From assembly GCF_000315625.1 (NCBI RefSeq), contig NW_005434598.1, forward strand, positions 60,510-124,509: a stretch of 64,000 bases of DNA, written 5' to 3'. Shown here piece by piece: positions 34,600 to 45,573 of this stretch. This DNA comes from Guillardia theta CCMP2712 (Eukaryota > Protista > Cryptophyta). The first letter of the stretch is position 1. Each line of letters begins with the position of its first letter. The notes below the pieces were generated by a model. The model saw only the letters and a list, made by a program, of their open reading frames with translations, had not been told where the DNA came from and searched no databases. The translations under genes and the position numbers were made by a program.

Positions 34600-35210
34600 C
34601 GTCGTGCCTCACCCCACCACCCTGCTTCAGACTACCCCCTTCTCCCCATAACCCCCTAATTCTAGACCACCCTTTCTTGAACATGGCAACCCTCTACATT
34701 CATGTTGAAGTACCGGTAATTTTGCGAACACAATTTCTCGATTTACTAGGGTAGGGTATCTTACAACGATGGGTCATACCACCCTACCCCATCCACCCAT
34801 TTTCAATCCTTACCCATCGCTTTACCCCCACCCCCCCACTCGATGCCCACCAGGGCCGCACGTACACAATGACACGTACCCCTACCCCCCTACCCCCTTT
34901 TTCATGGACTTCTTTGTGAATACCCCTACTCCTCTAACCAAAAGCTTCTGTCTGTGACGGGTTCTAGAAGAAAATGACTACCCTCACCCCTGTTTTTGGG
35001 TTGCTCGCAGCATCGATCACCCCTTCTTTGCATATGAAAAACACGGGTACTCTCCTCGTTCTACCGGGCCCGGCAGCGGCCGGGCAGCCTGCGGCCATCT
35101 CCCGGCCTGCGGCCCGGGGGCCGGCCGGGCCGGGCCGCCGTGACAAGTCAAGTTCTGCGGTCCAGCCAGTGAGCGGCGGCCCGGCCCGGGCCGCGGCAGC
35201 GGGTTGCCAA
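34600..35210. promoter_or_regulatory. ACCCTACCC cluster (34600-35060) followed by a CCGG island (35060-35210)
   Basis: Repeated cccctaccc/taccccc motifs, then ccgggcccggc...ggccggccgggccgggcc; upstream of the minus-strand gene. Confidence 0.45.
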
Positions 35211-35580
35211 GTTGCCGCCGCAGAATGCAGTCGAATGCCGGTAGTACATAACCGTGTGATGCCGAGCCTCAGGCAGTGTCGAGCTGAGTGCACTGATAAT
35301 AACTAGTAAATTGGAGTGATGCCGCACCGCACCGTACGGCCGGCGGCGCTCCGAGGCATCAAACCTCGGAATGCTGGTCGCATTCAACACTGACAAGAAA
35401 ATGTGTACTGGAGTGGATTCGAAAAGCAGAAATGAATCATAGCAGGATGGGTGAAATCGAAGATGGCGAAGGTGTGGTTGTTGTTTTGGGTTCAAGGTGA
35501 ACGAAGGCAATGAAGTCAGTATTGGTAGAACAGGATGTTTTGGGGATTTTGTTTTGAATTTGAATAAAGTATGAACTACT

Positions 35581-36150
35581 TCACCAATCCTTGAAAGAAC
35601 TCTCTACCTCTTCCAAGATCTCCGTGCACACCTGTTCGAGCCAAGATGAACAGTCGGCATGATATCTCAACTTCAAACATAGGAATGGGGTTCAAACAAA
35701 GGCAAGGAACTTCAAATAAGGAAACGTGGCTCAAACGAAGGCGGCACGGTGACTCAACAGCGAGGGAGGTGAAAAACAGTACCCATCATTCTTAACCTCT
35801 TCAAACAAGGGAAGCAGATTAGAGGCAGTGATTCCAAACAGCATCTTACCTCGCGAGGTTGAGCTGAATGCATCTCGTACAATCCAAACCACTTCGTGCT
35901 TGTCCTGTCTCAGCTGGGGCTGGTCATTCTTTTGGATGTAGCTCTGCCTCTCCTCATGGAAAGGAGTGAACGGAACTATCCTCCTCCAATCTCATTGGGC
36001 ATGGAGTAGAGGTTGATCCTGTCACGGATCATGTGGCCGCTGGCCAACAGCCCCGTCTCCGCCGAGTCAGCGATGGCGTTGGAGAACGATGAACCAACAG
36101 GGTTGGAGCAGACGATGAAGACCTTCTTCTGCAGTCCGGGTCTTCCACCA
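35581..36150 (-). pseudogene. Degenerate flavodoxin-like NAD(P)H:quinone oxidoreductase (Flavodoxin_2 family) fragment
   Basis: KKVFIVCSNPVGSSFSNAIADSAETGLLASGHMIRDRINLYSM resembles the family N-terminus and is followed by an in-frame TAG and a frameshift. WFGLYEM...EILEEVESSFKDW* resembles the C-terminus. The central P-x-W-W...K-x-x-x-D-R segment is missing. Confidence 0.5.
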
Positions 36151-36642
36151 AAAGGAGGAGGAGGATAAGGGAGGTAAGTCTGTTTGCCCGGTCCACAGCT
36201 GAATCTTGAGTGGCTCCAATGCCTTCATGACATTCTCCACGTACATCTTCGAACAAAACCAACGTCAGACTTACGCCAGTGTCTACCTGCACATGGGCGA
36301 GATGAAGATAAACGTCAAGAAATAATTCCTTCTGGTCTATCATTTCGAACATTCTATCTTACAACCATACTCCCTCAACTGTTCACTCAGCTGACGTCAT
36401 CTACTCTCTCTGATTCTGATTCAACCTGTCAAGTGTGACAAGAGTGAATCACGAGGTCTTCTTCTCCCGATCCCACTGCCTCATCATTTCCCTCTACTGA
36501 TTCTCTCACACGTCTCAGTCTTTCACGTCCTTGCTGATCTTTTCACACACGCTGATTCTATAGTGACACAAATCTTCATTATGAGCCTAGAGCTGGGAAT
36601 CACAAGGGTTTCCTATCTTTCTTCCTCCTCGTCCTTGTCCTT

Positions 36643-36677
<35 letters not shown>

Positions 36678-37151
36678 TGTCCTTGTCCTCGTCCTTGTCC
36701 TCGTCCTTGTCCTCTTTCTCATCCTCCTCCTATGGGAGGCATGGTCCTTGATCACCCGTCCGCCTCCTCTCATTCCAGTACTGCTGTTCTTCCTGAGACT
36801 GTGGGGTAGGGCTACATAATGCAGTCTAGCAATGCACTCTGCCTGCCATGCACTCTAGCTTAGGGAGAGGCTTGTTGATCGGGTCCGAAGGAAGGAATCG
36901 CCTCTGCTTCCACCACCGACCTGTAGACGGTGATATCTTGCCTTCTGTCTTACCAAGACGCTCGCAGCATGTCGTTGCCGTAACCAGCACTCATGCCCGA
37001 CTTCACATGCATCGGTCGCAACTCCTGGCGGGTGACCTGCATGCAGTGGCACTGATCTTTCGCAACATTGCAAACATGCTTGCAACCGATCGCACACTGG
37101 TGTCTGTTGGTTTATTGTCATTTCACGCCTCACCTCCTATTCCAACTCTCC

Positions 37152-39689
37152 TCATCCCATGCAATGCGCTCTCTCGCTGCCCGTGCTCTCGTCCGGTTTC
37201 TCTCCCCTCGCTGCCTCTCCCCTCCCTCCTGCACCTCCTTCTCCACCTCCCTCTCCTCCATCTGCACCAGCAGCATTCATCGAGTCCCCGTCGAGCATGT
37301 TCTCCCCGGGCAGTTTCCGGATGTAGTTGTATACAGTGGTGTAGGCCAGCTTGACGTATTCATCCTTGCTCTTCTTCCACGCTTCTTTCCCGTAAATTTT
37401 CTCCATGAGCATCTCGAGCGCACGGTCGAAGCATTTCTGGTAATTCTCATAAGTCACCTCCTCCCCTTCCTTCAACTCTCCTGACAGCCTCCCAAACTCT
37501 TCCAGCTTCTTCATCACTTTACCCGCTTTCGACAGGAACGCTCTCATCTGTCTCGTCTGAAGATCTTCGAACTTCAAACGCTTCAAGGGGCCGATGCGCT
37601 TCAGCTTCCCTTCCTTGTCCGTCCAATGCTCGCCCGTATGCCATCGCTTCCAAAGATCCATGCACGGCACATTTTGTACAAAACAATAATCCTGGGGGAC
37701 CATAGCGATTCTGCCGTTGTCCCATTGAAAAGCGTCTCCCACCAGGAAAGCATTTGAAGGCTCCATTCGTGCATTGACCTCGTCAGTTCGTGATTGCTGC
37801 TTCATGTGGACGACCTGTCTTCTTATGTCGTGACTCTCAAAAACCTTGGTGACGCTCTTTAAGATGTCATTCTTCAGATTGATCCTGAATCGACTCAAAC
37901 ACTCCACACCAACAAGCATCGCGCTATGCTTCTCAAAGCTCTGTTGCAATGCTGTATTAACCGCCTCGGGCATTTTCCTCATCGCGCTGTCTAGATTGCC
38001 TTGCAAACGTTCGATCTCTTCCCTGACCAACTTATTCTCTGCCATCGCGCGAGCATGCGGGGGAACGCCAGTAGGAGTCATCCCGCAGTCCTTGCACTGC
38101 CCGATGCCAGTTACCACGTGCTCTCGCAGAGATTTGAGGAAAGCAATAGTGTTGGTGCCTTGAAAACCAAACATTGGGGCTCCCCAGATAGGGCTGTCCC
38201 TGGGATACCATTGATGCAACACATCCAAGTGATATACCACGCTTGCGATGAAGTAAGGAATGCACCGTTTGAAGCAGCTCGGAAAGAAGTCGTAACCGTG
38301 AATAAACTTGTGCAGCCCAATCGCTCCTATCATATCTAAACCATTCTGGGTGAAGTGCGGTGGGAGGGATTCGAATAACTCCGAGGCCAAATCATTCCCA
38401 GCTAATATCCTTCCGCAGTAGTGGTCGTTTCCCCCTCCATCCAAGATGCACTGATCATGTGTAGTCTCAAGGGGCAAACATGCACGCAGGTACACGGATG
38501 GTGGACTTGGTCCACCTGGAATAGACAGAAGATGAGTGACGCTTCCCTTCCTGAAGCTACTAGAACCAATGTCTTTCCATTCTGCACCAGCCTTATCAGC
38601 GATGATTCTCTGGAGCACGCTGTTGAACCTGTGCTTCTGCTCTTTCCCTGGGAAGAACTTTGACGTGAACGTGTTTCCGCGAGGGAGTGTAATGATGTAC
38701 AGAGCCAGCGCTAAGATAGGGCATGTCTGTGGTTGCGTAGGACAAGCAAACACATGCGTCGTTCGGATGGAATACAGATCTGGATCCGCCGCTTTGCGAT
38801 CTTTCTTGGTATTTAACATGGTAATTTTCAAACAATCGTTCTCCCAATCTAGATGTTCCAGGTACAGCAGATCCAAACTATCACTGAGACAGCAACAGTT
38901 CCACAAGATTGCTGCTGCTGCATGCACGAAGAGACCAGTACCCCCTGGCTCCCTATTCTTCCTCTTTGCCTTCCATTCAATAAAGGTCCTGCAGATCTCC
39001 GTGTAACTCTGCACTGGCAGATGAAGTTTCCCCTCTGCCGCACGCATGTCTGCCTTTGATATTCTACCAGTGGTAGATTCTGCATACACTTCGATCATCT
39101 TGTCCAAGTTCTTCTCTAGAGACATGCCCGTCGCTGCTTCAACGCCGTTTGCCGTGAATTCCACATTGCGCTCGAGGTACAGGTCCTTCAATGCACTCCT
39201 GTATGCTTGTAATGTTGCAACCGACATGTCAGGCCCTTGAGCATGAGACGACTGAGACGCTCCTTCTGAAGTCTGGGCGTCTGCCTCGGAGTCACTGCCA
39301 TCGCTACCGCCATCCTCCACTTCGCCTTGAGGGCCAATCTTTCGTTTCTTGCTCCTCTCGGTGAAAGCCTTGTTTCTTGTCAGATGTCTGAACACTTCTC
39401 TCACACACGCCCACGAAAGTGGCAGCTTCAACTGTCCAGAGTCATCCAGCGCATCCACAAAAATCGTATTCCCTCCTTCCCTGGCTTTCTTAATGATATC
39501 CACCATTTTTTGAATCTTGTTCTTGTATATCTTCTGAGTGCTCTCTGCCAATCTTCTTCTCATTTTGTCATTCTCCTGAGCTTTTTTCTCTGCTGATAAT
39601 CTTTGAGCATCTTTCTCCATCTCTGGTGTAGTTTGTTGTTCGTCGCCTCCCATCAACTCCTGATCTCCCCTGCGCGGTATTTCATCCAT
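37152..39689 (-). CDS. Crypton-derived tyrosine-recombinase-fold protein (845 aa, intronless) with a probable C-terminal GCR1_C-like region; apparently catalytically inactive
   Basis: Crypton YR motifs: YRSALKDLY, EGKLHLP, LWNCCCLS, HLDWENDCL, HVFACPTQPQTCPILALA, DIGSSSFRKG, PGGPSPPSVYLRA, GGGNDHYCGRILAG, FESLPPHF. C-terminal FQWDNG...VPQDY...DLWKRWHTG...IGPLKRL. Confidence 0.85.
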   Translation of the reverse strand: MDEIPRRGDQELMGGDEQQTTPEMEKDAQRLSAEKKAQENDKMRRRLAESTQKIYKNKIQKMVDIIKKAREGGNTIFVDALDDSGQLKLPLSWACVREVFRHLTRNKAFTERSKKRKIGPQGEVEDGGSDGSDSEADAQTSEGASQSSHAQGPDMSVATLQAYRSALKDLYLERNVEFTANGVEAATGMSLEKNLDKMIEVYAESTTGRISKADMRAAEGKLHLPVQSYTEICRTFIEWKAKRKNREPGGTGLFVHAAAAILWNCCCLSDSLDLLYLEHLDWENDCLKITMLNTKKDRKAADPDLYSIRTTHVFACPTQPQTCPILALALYIITLPRGNTFTSKFFPGKEQKHRFNSVLQRIIADKAGAEWKDIGSSSFRKGSVTHLLSIPGGPSPPSVYLRACLPLETTHDQCILDGGGNDHYCGRILAGNDLASELFESLPPHFTQNGLDMIGAIGLHKFIHGYDFFPSCFKRCIPYFIASVVYHLDVLHQWYPRDSPIWGAPMFGFQGTNTIAFLKSLREHVVTGIGQCKDCGMTPTGVPPHARAMAENKLVREEIERLQGNLDSAMRKMPEAVNTALQQSFEKHSAMLVGVECLSRFRINLKNDILKSVTKVFESHDIRRQVVHMKQQSRTDEVNARMEPSNAFLVGDAFQWDNGRIAMVPQDYCFVQNVPCMDLWKRWHTGEHWTDKEGKLKRIGPLKRLKFEDLQTRQMRAFLSKAGKVMKKLEEFGRLSGELKEGEEVTYENYQKCFDRALEMLMEKIYGKEAWKKSKDEYVKLAYTTVYNYIRKLPGENMLDGDSMNAAGADGGEGGGEGGAGGRGEAARGEKPDESTGSERAHCMG

Positions 39690-41179
39690 GGTTAGCGCCT
39701 TCTGGGGTCAGCTGTTGACTGATATAGATTACAGAATTATTTTCAGTTATTTTAGAGCAGTACTAAGACATGGGGTGAGGGGTACAACCGACAGACCATA
39801 GGAAGAAAAGAATCCGCCTCAGCTAAAAGAAATAAGGTTTTCACATTATCAAAAACATCCTTAAATTGTTGCTATGTCAGGTTGAAAGTTACTCGGGTCA
39901 TTTCAAAAATAAGGTTTGAAACATTTGAAATATCCATTCTCAACAAAGGCAACATGCTCCCTTCCCCAACAAGGGGAATGAGCCTCCCCCTGCCTCCCTC
40001 CCCTCCCCCCTCCCCTCCTCTCTCTCCCCTCCCCTCCCCCCTNNNNNNNNNNNNNNNNNNNNNNNNNNNNNNNNNNNNNNNNNNNNNNNNNNNNNNNNNN
40101 NNNNNNNNNNNNNNNNNNNNNNNNNNNNNNNNNNNNNNNNNNNNNNNNNNNNNNNNNNNNNNNNNNNNNNNNNNNNNNNNNNNNNNNNNNNNNNNNNNNN
40201 NNNNNNNNNNNNNNNNNNNNNNNNNNNNNNNNNNNNNNNNNNNNNNNNNNNNNNNNNNNNNNNNNNNNNNNNNNNNNNNNNNNNNNNNNNNNNNNNNNNN
40301 NNNNNNNNNNNNNNNNNNNNNNNNNNNNNNNNNNNNNNNNNNNNNNNNNNNNNNNNNNNNNNNNNNNNNNNNNNNNNNNNNNNNNNNNNNNNNNNNNNNN
40401 NNNNNNNNNNNNNNNNNNNNNNNNNNNNNNNNNNNNNNNNNNNNNNNNNNNNNNNNNNNNNNNNNNNNNNNNNNNNNNNNNNNNNNNNNNNNNNNNNNNN
40501 NNNNNNNNNNNNNNNNNNNNNNNNNNNNNNNNNNNNNNNNNNNNNNNNNNNNNNNNNNNNNNNNNNNNNNNNNNNNNNNNNNNNNNNNNNNNNNNNNNNN
40601 NNNNNNNNNNNNNNNNNNNNNNNNNNNNNNNNNNNNNNNNNNNNNNNNNNNNNNNNNNNNNNNNNNNNNNNNNNNNNNNNNNNNNNNNNNNNNNNNNNNN
40701 NNNNNNNNNNNNNNNNNNNNNNNNNNNNNNNNNNNNNNNNNNNNNNNNNNNNNNNNNNNNNNNNNNNNNNNNNNNNNNNNNNNNNNNNNNNNNNNNNNNN
40801 NNNNNNNNNNNNNNNNNNNNNNNNNNNNNNNNNNNNNNNNNNNNNNNNNNNNNNNNNNNNNNNNNGCCAGACCTCTACGTGAACCAATGGCGGTACTTGA
40901 GCAAGACATGTTGGGGACCGGTGAGAGGAGAGAAGAGGAGAAAAGAGGAGAGGAGAGGAGAGGAGAGGAGAGGAGAGGAGAGGAGAGGAGAGGGGAGGGG
41001 AGGGGAGGGGAGAGGAGAGGAGAGGAGAGGAGAGGAGAGGAGAGGAGGAGGGAGAGGAGGAGAGTGGGACCGGGGATAGCCCCAAGAATCGTGTCAATGA
41101 TACCGGCATCCTCAAGATATCTTGATTTCTACACCCTTATACTATCCGTGATCAAGAAGGTTAAAACTTTGCTTCTGCA

Positions 41180-42538
41180 GCAGATGACGGGAACGATTAC
41201 GGTCGACATCAACTGGAAGAATGTAATGTGTACGAATCTGAGCGGAACTTGCTCTACCCTCTCTTACCCCTCTGTTGGTGCCATTCCAAAGCCAAAGGTG
41301 ATGTCAAACCAGGAATCTTGTATTCTCCCTTCCTCCCTTCCTCTCCCTCTTCCTCTCTCCATCCCTGCCTCCTCTCTCTTCGCTCCTCCCCCTTCCCCAC
41401 CCTCTCTCCCCCTCTCCCTCTCTCCCTCCCTCTCTTCCTGCTTCCCTATCTATCACCCTCCCTCGCTCTTTCCCTCTTCCTCGCTTCCCTTTCTTCCTTC
41501 CCTCCTGTGCTTAGCATAACACAATTGTCTGCACTCACAGATTTTCTTCTACTCGAACTTCGACAACTCATTTGCCCGAGCTGTTCTCACATCCAACACA
41601 GCTTCAGTTTACGGTCCTCCTCCTCCTGCACCCTCCATCCCCCTCTATCCTGATCCAGCCCCCTGCCCCCTGCCCCTCGTTCCTCGTTCCTCCTCCCTCC
41701 CCCCCTCCTCCCCCCCTCCCTCCTCCTGTCTAACTGTGCTGTCCAGATTCAACAACACTACTCGATTCATCCACCGGCAATCCTCTATGCGAAGTGCGTC
41801 CTGCTGTAAACTCCCGTTCTCCTCAGCTTCCCTACAGGGCATCGGCTCAACTTCAAACACGCCTGCCTGCGACTCCAACTATGTCTCACCTTCCCTTAGT
41901 GGGTCCCACCGGGCCAGCAGCAGACGTCTAACGTCTGACTTGTAGAGTTCGAAACATGCAAGCTGAAGAAAACATACTTCTTGAGAAACTTGATTAACGA
42001 GGTAACTTGTTTCTTGCTCAGTCGACATGCGCTTCTGTTGTTTTGTAACTTGCTCCGCAGTCAATCCTTGTTTTCCTTGTCGTATCCAAGTGCAACTCTG
42101 TTGTGAGTTTTTGTTGCCTTTCTGTGTCTCCCTCTCTTCATCTTCTTCTCAGGGGACTGTCGATTGGACTGTTTCCGTAGCACCAACATGTGGGTGTCTT
42201 GATAGATATGATTCTCTCCTGCCTCCTCCCTCCTCCCTCCTCCCTCCTCCCTCCTCCCTCCTCCCTCCTGCCTCCTGCCTCCTGCCTCCTGCCTCCTCCC
42301 TCCTCCCTCCTCCCTCCTCCCTCCTGCCCTCCTCCCTCCTCCCTCCTCCAATCTTCCTTGTTCCTCTCTTCCTTTCAATCTATCCCCTCTGCCCACTTCC
42401 TCCCTTGGTCTTGTCCTGTCCTTCTCTTCTCCCTCCTCTCTGTCTCACCTTTTCCCTTGCAGCCTCACCTGGCGTCTGCTCTGTCTGTGGAGGCACCGAA
42501 GCTGCAAAGGGCCTCAGGTAGCCCGCCCCCCTCCTCCC

Positions 42539-42602
<64 letters not shown>

Positions 42603-43500
42603 TCCTCTTCCGCCTATGTAGCATAACAAGCAGCGCAGATGCTTCTCTGATGCCGGTGGTAATTGCATGACACAATCGGCGAATCAGCCGGCAATGGTGA
42701 AGTTTCGATCCCCTTTGAGCATCTTTGCAACACATTCCTCCTCTTCCCTCCTCTCTCCCTCTGCTCCTCCTACCTCCTCCTCCTTTCTCCTTCTTCCTTC
42801 CTCCTGCCTTCTTTCTCGTTCCTCGTTCCTCGTTCCTCGTTCCTCGTTCTCCTCCCTCCTCCTCCCTCCGCACTTTCCTGCTCCCCATCTCGTTTTATTT
42901 CTCTCTCTATCTTCATCACCCAGCTGCCGCTGACTTTCTTCGATCCTCCTCTACCTTCTGCTTGTTCCCTTCCCCTTCCCCTCTCTTGCTCCCCGTCCCC
43001 CTGCTCCCTCTCTCCTTCCTCCTTCCTTCCCCTCCTCCATGTTTATTACAGGTTTTCACTCCTCAAAAGAAGATCTCCAAGGCAGTAGTTGTGATCGCTG
43101 CTGGTGAAAGAATTATCTGCTCCCTCCCTGCTCCCTGCCCTCCTTCCTCTCCTCCGCTCTCCTCCTCTGCTCTTCTCCTTCCTCTCCTCCTCTCTCCCTC
43201 CTTCATCTCCTCTCTCCCTCCTTCCTCCGCTCTCCTCCTCCGCTCTTCTCCCTCCCCTCCTCTCTCCCTCCTTCATCTCCTCTCTCCCTCCTTCCTCCGC
43301 TCTCCTCCTCTCTTCTCCTTCCTCTGCTCTTCTCTTCTTCTGCTCCATTCTCCCTGACTCCTTCCCCCTCCTTGTCTCCTCTCTTCCTTGCTCTCCTTGC
43401 TTCCTCCCTCACCCACTGCTGTCTTCTTCTTATTGCCTGTTAGTGGTCTTTAGCGGCGCTATGCTCTTCGGCTTTCTGCTGCTCAAGTACTACCAGGTGA
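41180..43500 (+). CDS. Hypothetical Cys-containing, probably single-pass membrane protein; many small exons, both ends in or near gaps
   Basis: AG/GT-bounded exons such as MTGTITVDINWKNVMCTNLSGTC, FNNTTRFIHRQ...CCKLPF, GTVDWTVSVAPTCGCLD and VVFSGAMLFGFLLLKYYQ lie between CT-rich introns. Confidence 0.45.
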
Positions 43501-44399
43501 GAGCAGGGGAGGAAAGGAGAGGGGAAGGGAAGGGGAAGGGGGAGGGGGAGGGGGAAAGGGGTGGAGGGGAGGAGGGAGGGGCAGGGGGGATGGGGAANNN
43601 NNNNNNNNNNNNNNNNNNNNNNNNNNNNNNNNNNNNNNNNNNNNNNNNNNNNNNNNNNNNNNNNNNNNNNNNNNNNNNNNNNNNNNNNNNNNNNNNNNNN
43701 NNNNNNNNNNNNNNNNNNNNNNNNNNNNNNNNNNNNNNNNNNNNNNNNNNNNNNNNNNNNNNNNNNNNNNNNNNNNNNNNNNNNNNNNNNNNNNNNNNNN
43801 NNNNNNNNNNNNNNNNNNNNNNNNNNNNNNNNNNNNNNNNNNNNNNNNNNNNNNNNNNNNNNNNNNNNNNNNNNNNNNNNNNNNNNNNNNNNNNNNNNNN
43901 NNNNNNNNNNNNNNNNNNNNNNNNNNNNNNNNNNNNNNNNNNNNNNNNNNNNNNNNNNNNNNNNNNNNNNNNNNNNNNNNNNNNNNNNNNNNNNNNNNNN
44001 NNNNNNNNNNNNNNNNNNNNNNNNNNNNNNNNNNNNNNNNNNNNNNNNNNNNNNNNNNNNNNNNNNNNNNNNNNNNNNNNNNNNNNNNNNNNNNNNNNNN
44101 NNNNNNNNNNNNNNNNNNNNNNNNNNNNNNNNNNNNNNNNNNNNNNNNNNNNNNNNNNNNNNNNNNNNNNNNNNNNNNNNNNNNNNNNNNNNNNNNNNNN
44201 NNNNNNNNNNNNNNNNNNNNNNNNNNNNNNNNNNNGCAGGGAGCAGGGAGAGGTTTGGAGGGATGTGGAGAAGTGGATGGTATGAAGGAGGGACGAGGGT
44301 GAAAGTATGAACAGAAACATGTTGAAGGTGACCTTGAGGAGGAGGAGGAGGAGGAGGAAGGGGGAGGAGCAGGAGCAGGAGCAGGAGGGCTTGTGTAGC

Positions 44400-44916
44400 C
44401 ATCGTCCCCACGGATTCTTGGTTGGGGTGACTATGACAGAGGGGTAGAAGAAGGGAATAGAAGGGTGGGGTGATCGATGCGGCCAATGAGGGGAGCAAGG
44501 ATGACTAAGGAAGTCGATGGGGAGAGGAGAGGAGAGGAGAGGAGAGGAGAGGAGAGGAGAGGAGAGGAGAGGAGAGGAGAGGAGAGGGGAGGGGAGGGGA
44601 GGGGAGGCGAGGAGAGGAGGAGAGGAAGATGAGGGGAGGAGAAGGGAGCATGGAGGTAGAATGATGTGATGTATGGATGTATGGAACGCTCGCAAGAAGA
44701 ACAAAGAAACAACCCGTTACTGTGAATGCTCAAGTCCTGTATTGTCATGTCAGAAGAGGTTGCATTGAGAAGACGTCATCTCTGCTACCTCGGTCGGCGA
44801 TGACATATTCCTCTCTTCCTCCCATGTTGTTTGGCTTTGTCGTACTGTCCAAGGCGTCATCAAAGTTTATCATCTTGTACACGAAATAGGAGAATGTTCG
44901 TCATCATAATTATCAT

Positions 44917-44969
<53 letters not shown>

Positions 44970-45414
44970 CTATCACCATCACCATACTCATACTCATCAT
45001 CATTACCATCATCATACTCATCATCATCATCATCATCATCATAATCATCATCATAATCATCATCATCACTATCACCATACTCATACTCATACTCATCATC
45101 ATTACCATCATCATACTCATCATCATCATCATCATCATCTCCACCACCACCACCACCACCACCATCATCATCATCATTATCATCATCATCATCATCATCA
45201 TCATCATCGCCCAACGACAACAACATCTCTCACCTTTCATCTTCAACCTCTCCAATTCTCCAATATCCTTCTCGTCGTAATAGTATTCCTCCGACGAATG
45301 TCGTCGGGTGGGCGATCGAGGTTTACCCTGCTCTCTCCCATCATTGTTGCTCAAGTTTTTCCCCTGCTGCTGCTCCTCCGGGGACCCTCCTTCTTGTCTT
45401 GTTCCTCCGCCTAT

Positions 45415-45481
<67 letters not shown>

Positions 45482-45526
45482 CTTCCATCCTCCTTGTCCT
45501 GTTCCTCCTTCTATTGCTCCTCCTAT

Positions 45527-45573
<47 letters not shown>

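Noticed and set aside
37152-39689. Annotating the Crypton ORF as an active mobile element
   Set aside because: Catalytic residues appear substituted and I found no terminal repeats or element boundaries.
44890-45210. Poly-Ile/Met/Asp ORFs (also 55330-55450 and 59930-60230)
   Set aside because: (CAT/CGT)n microsatellites in intronic or upstream non-coding DNA.
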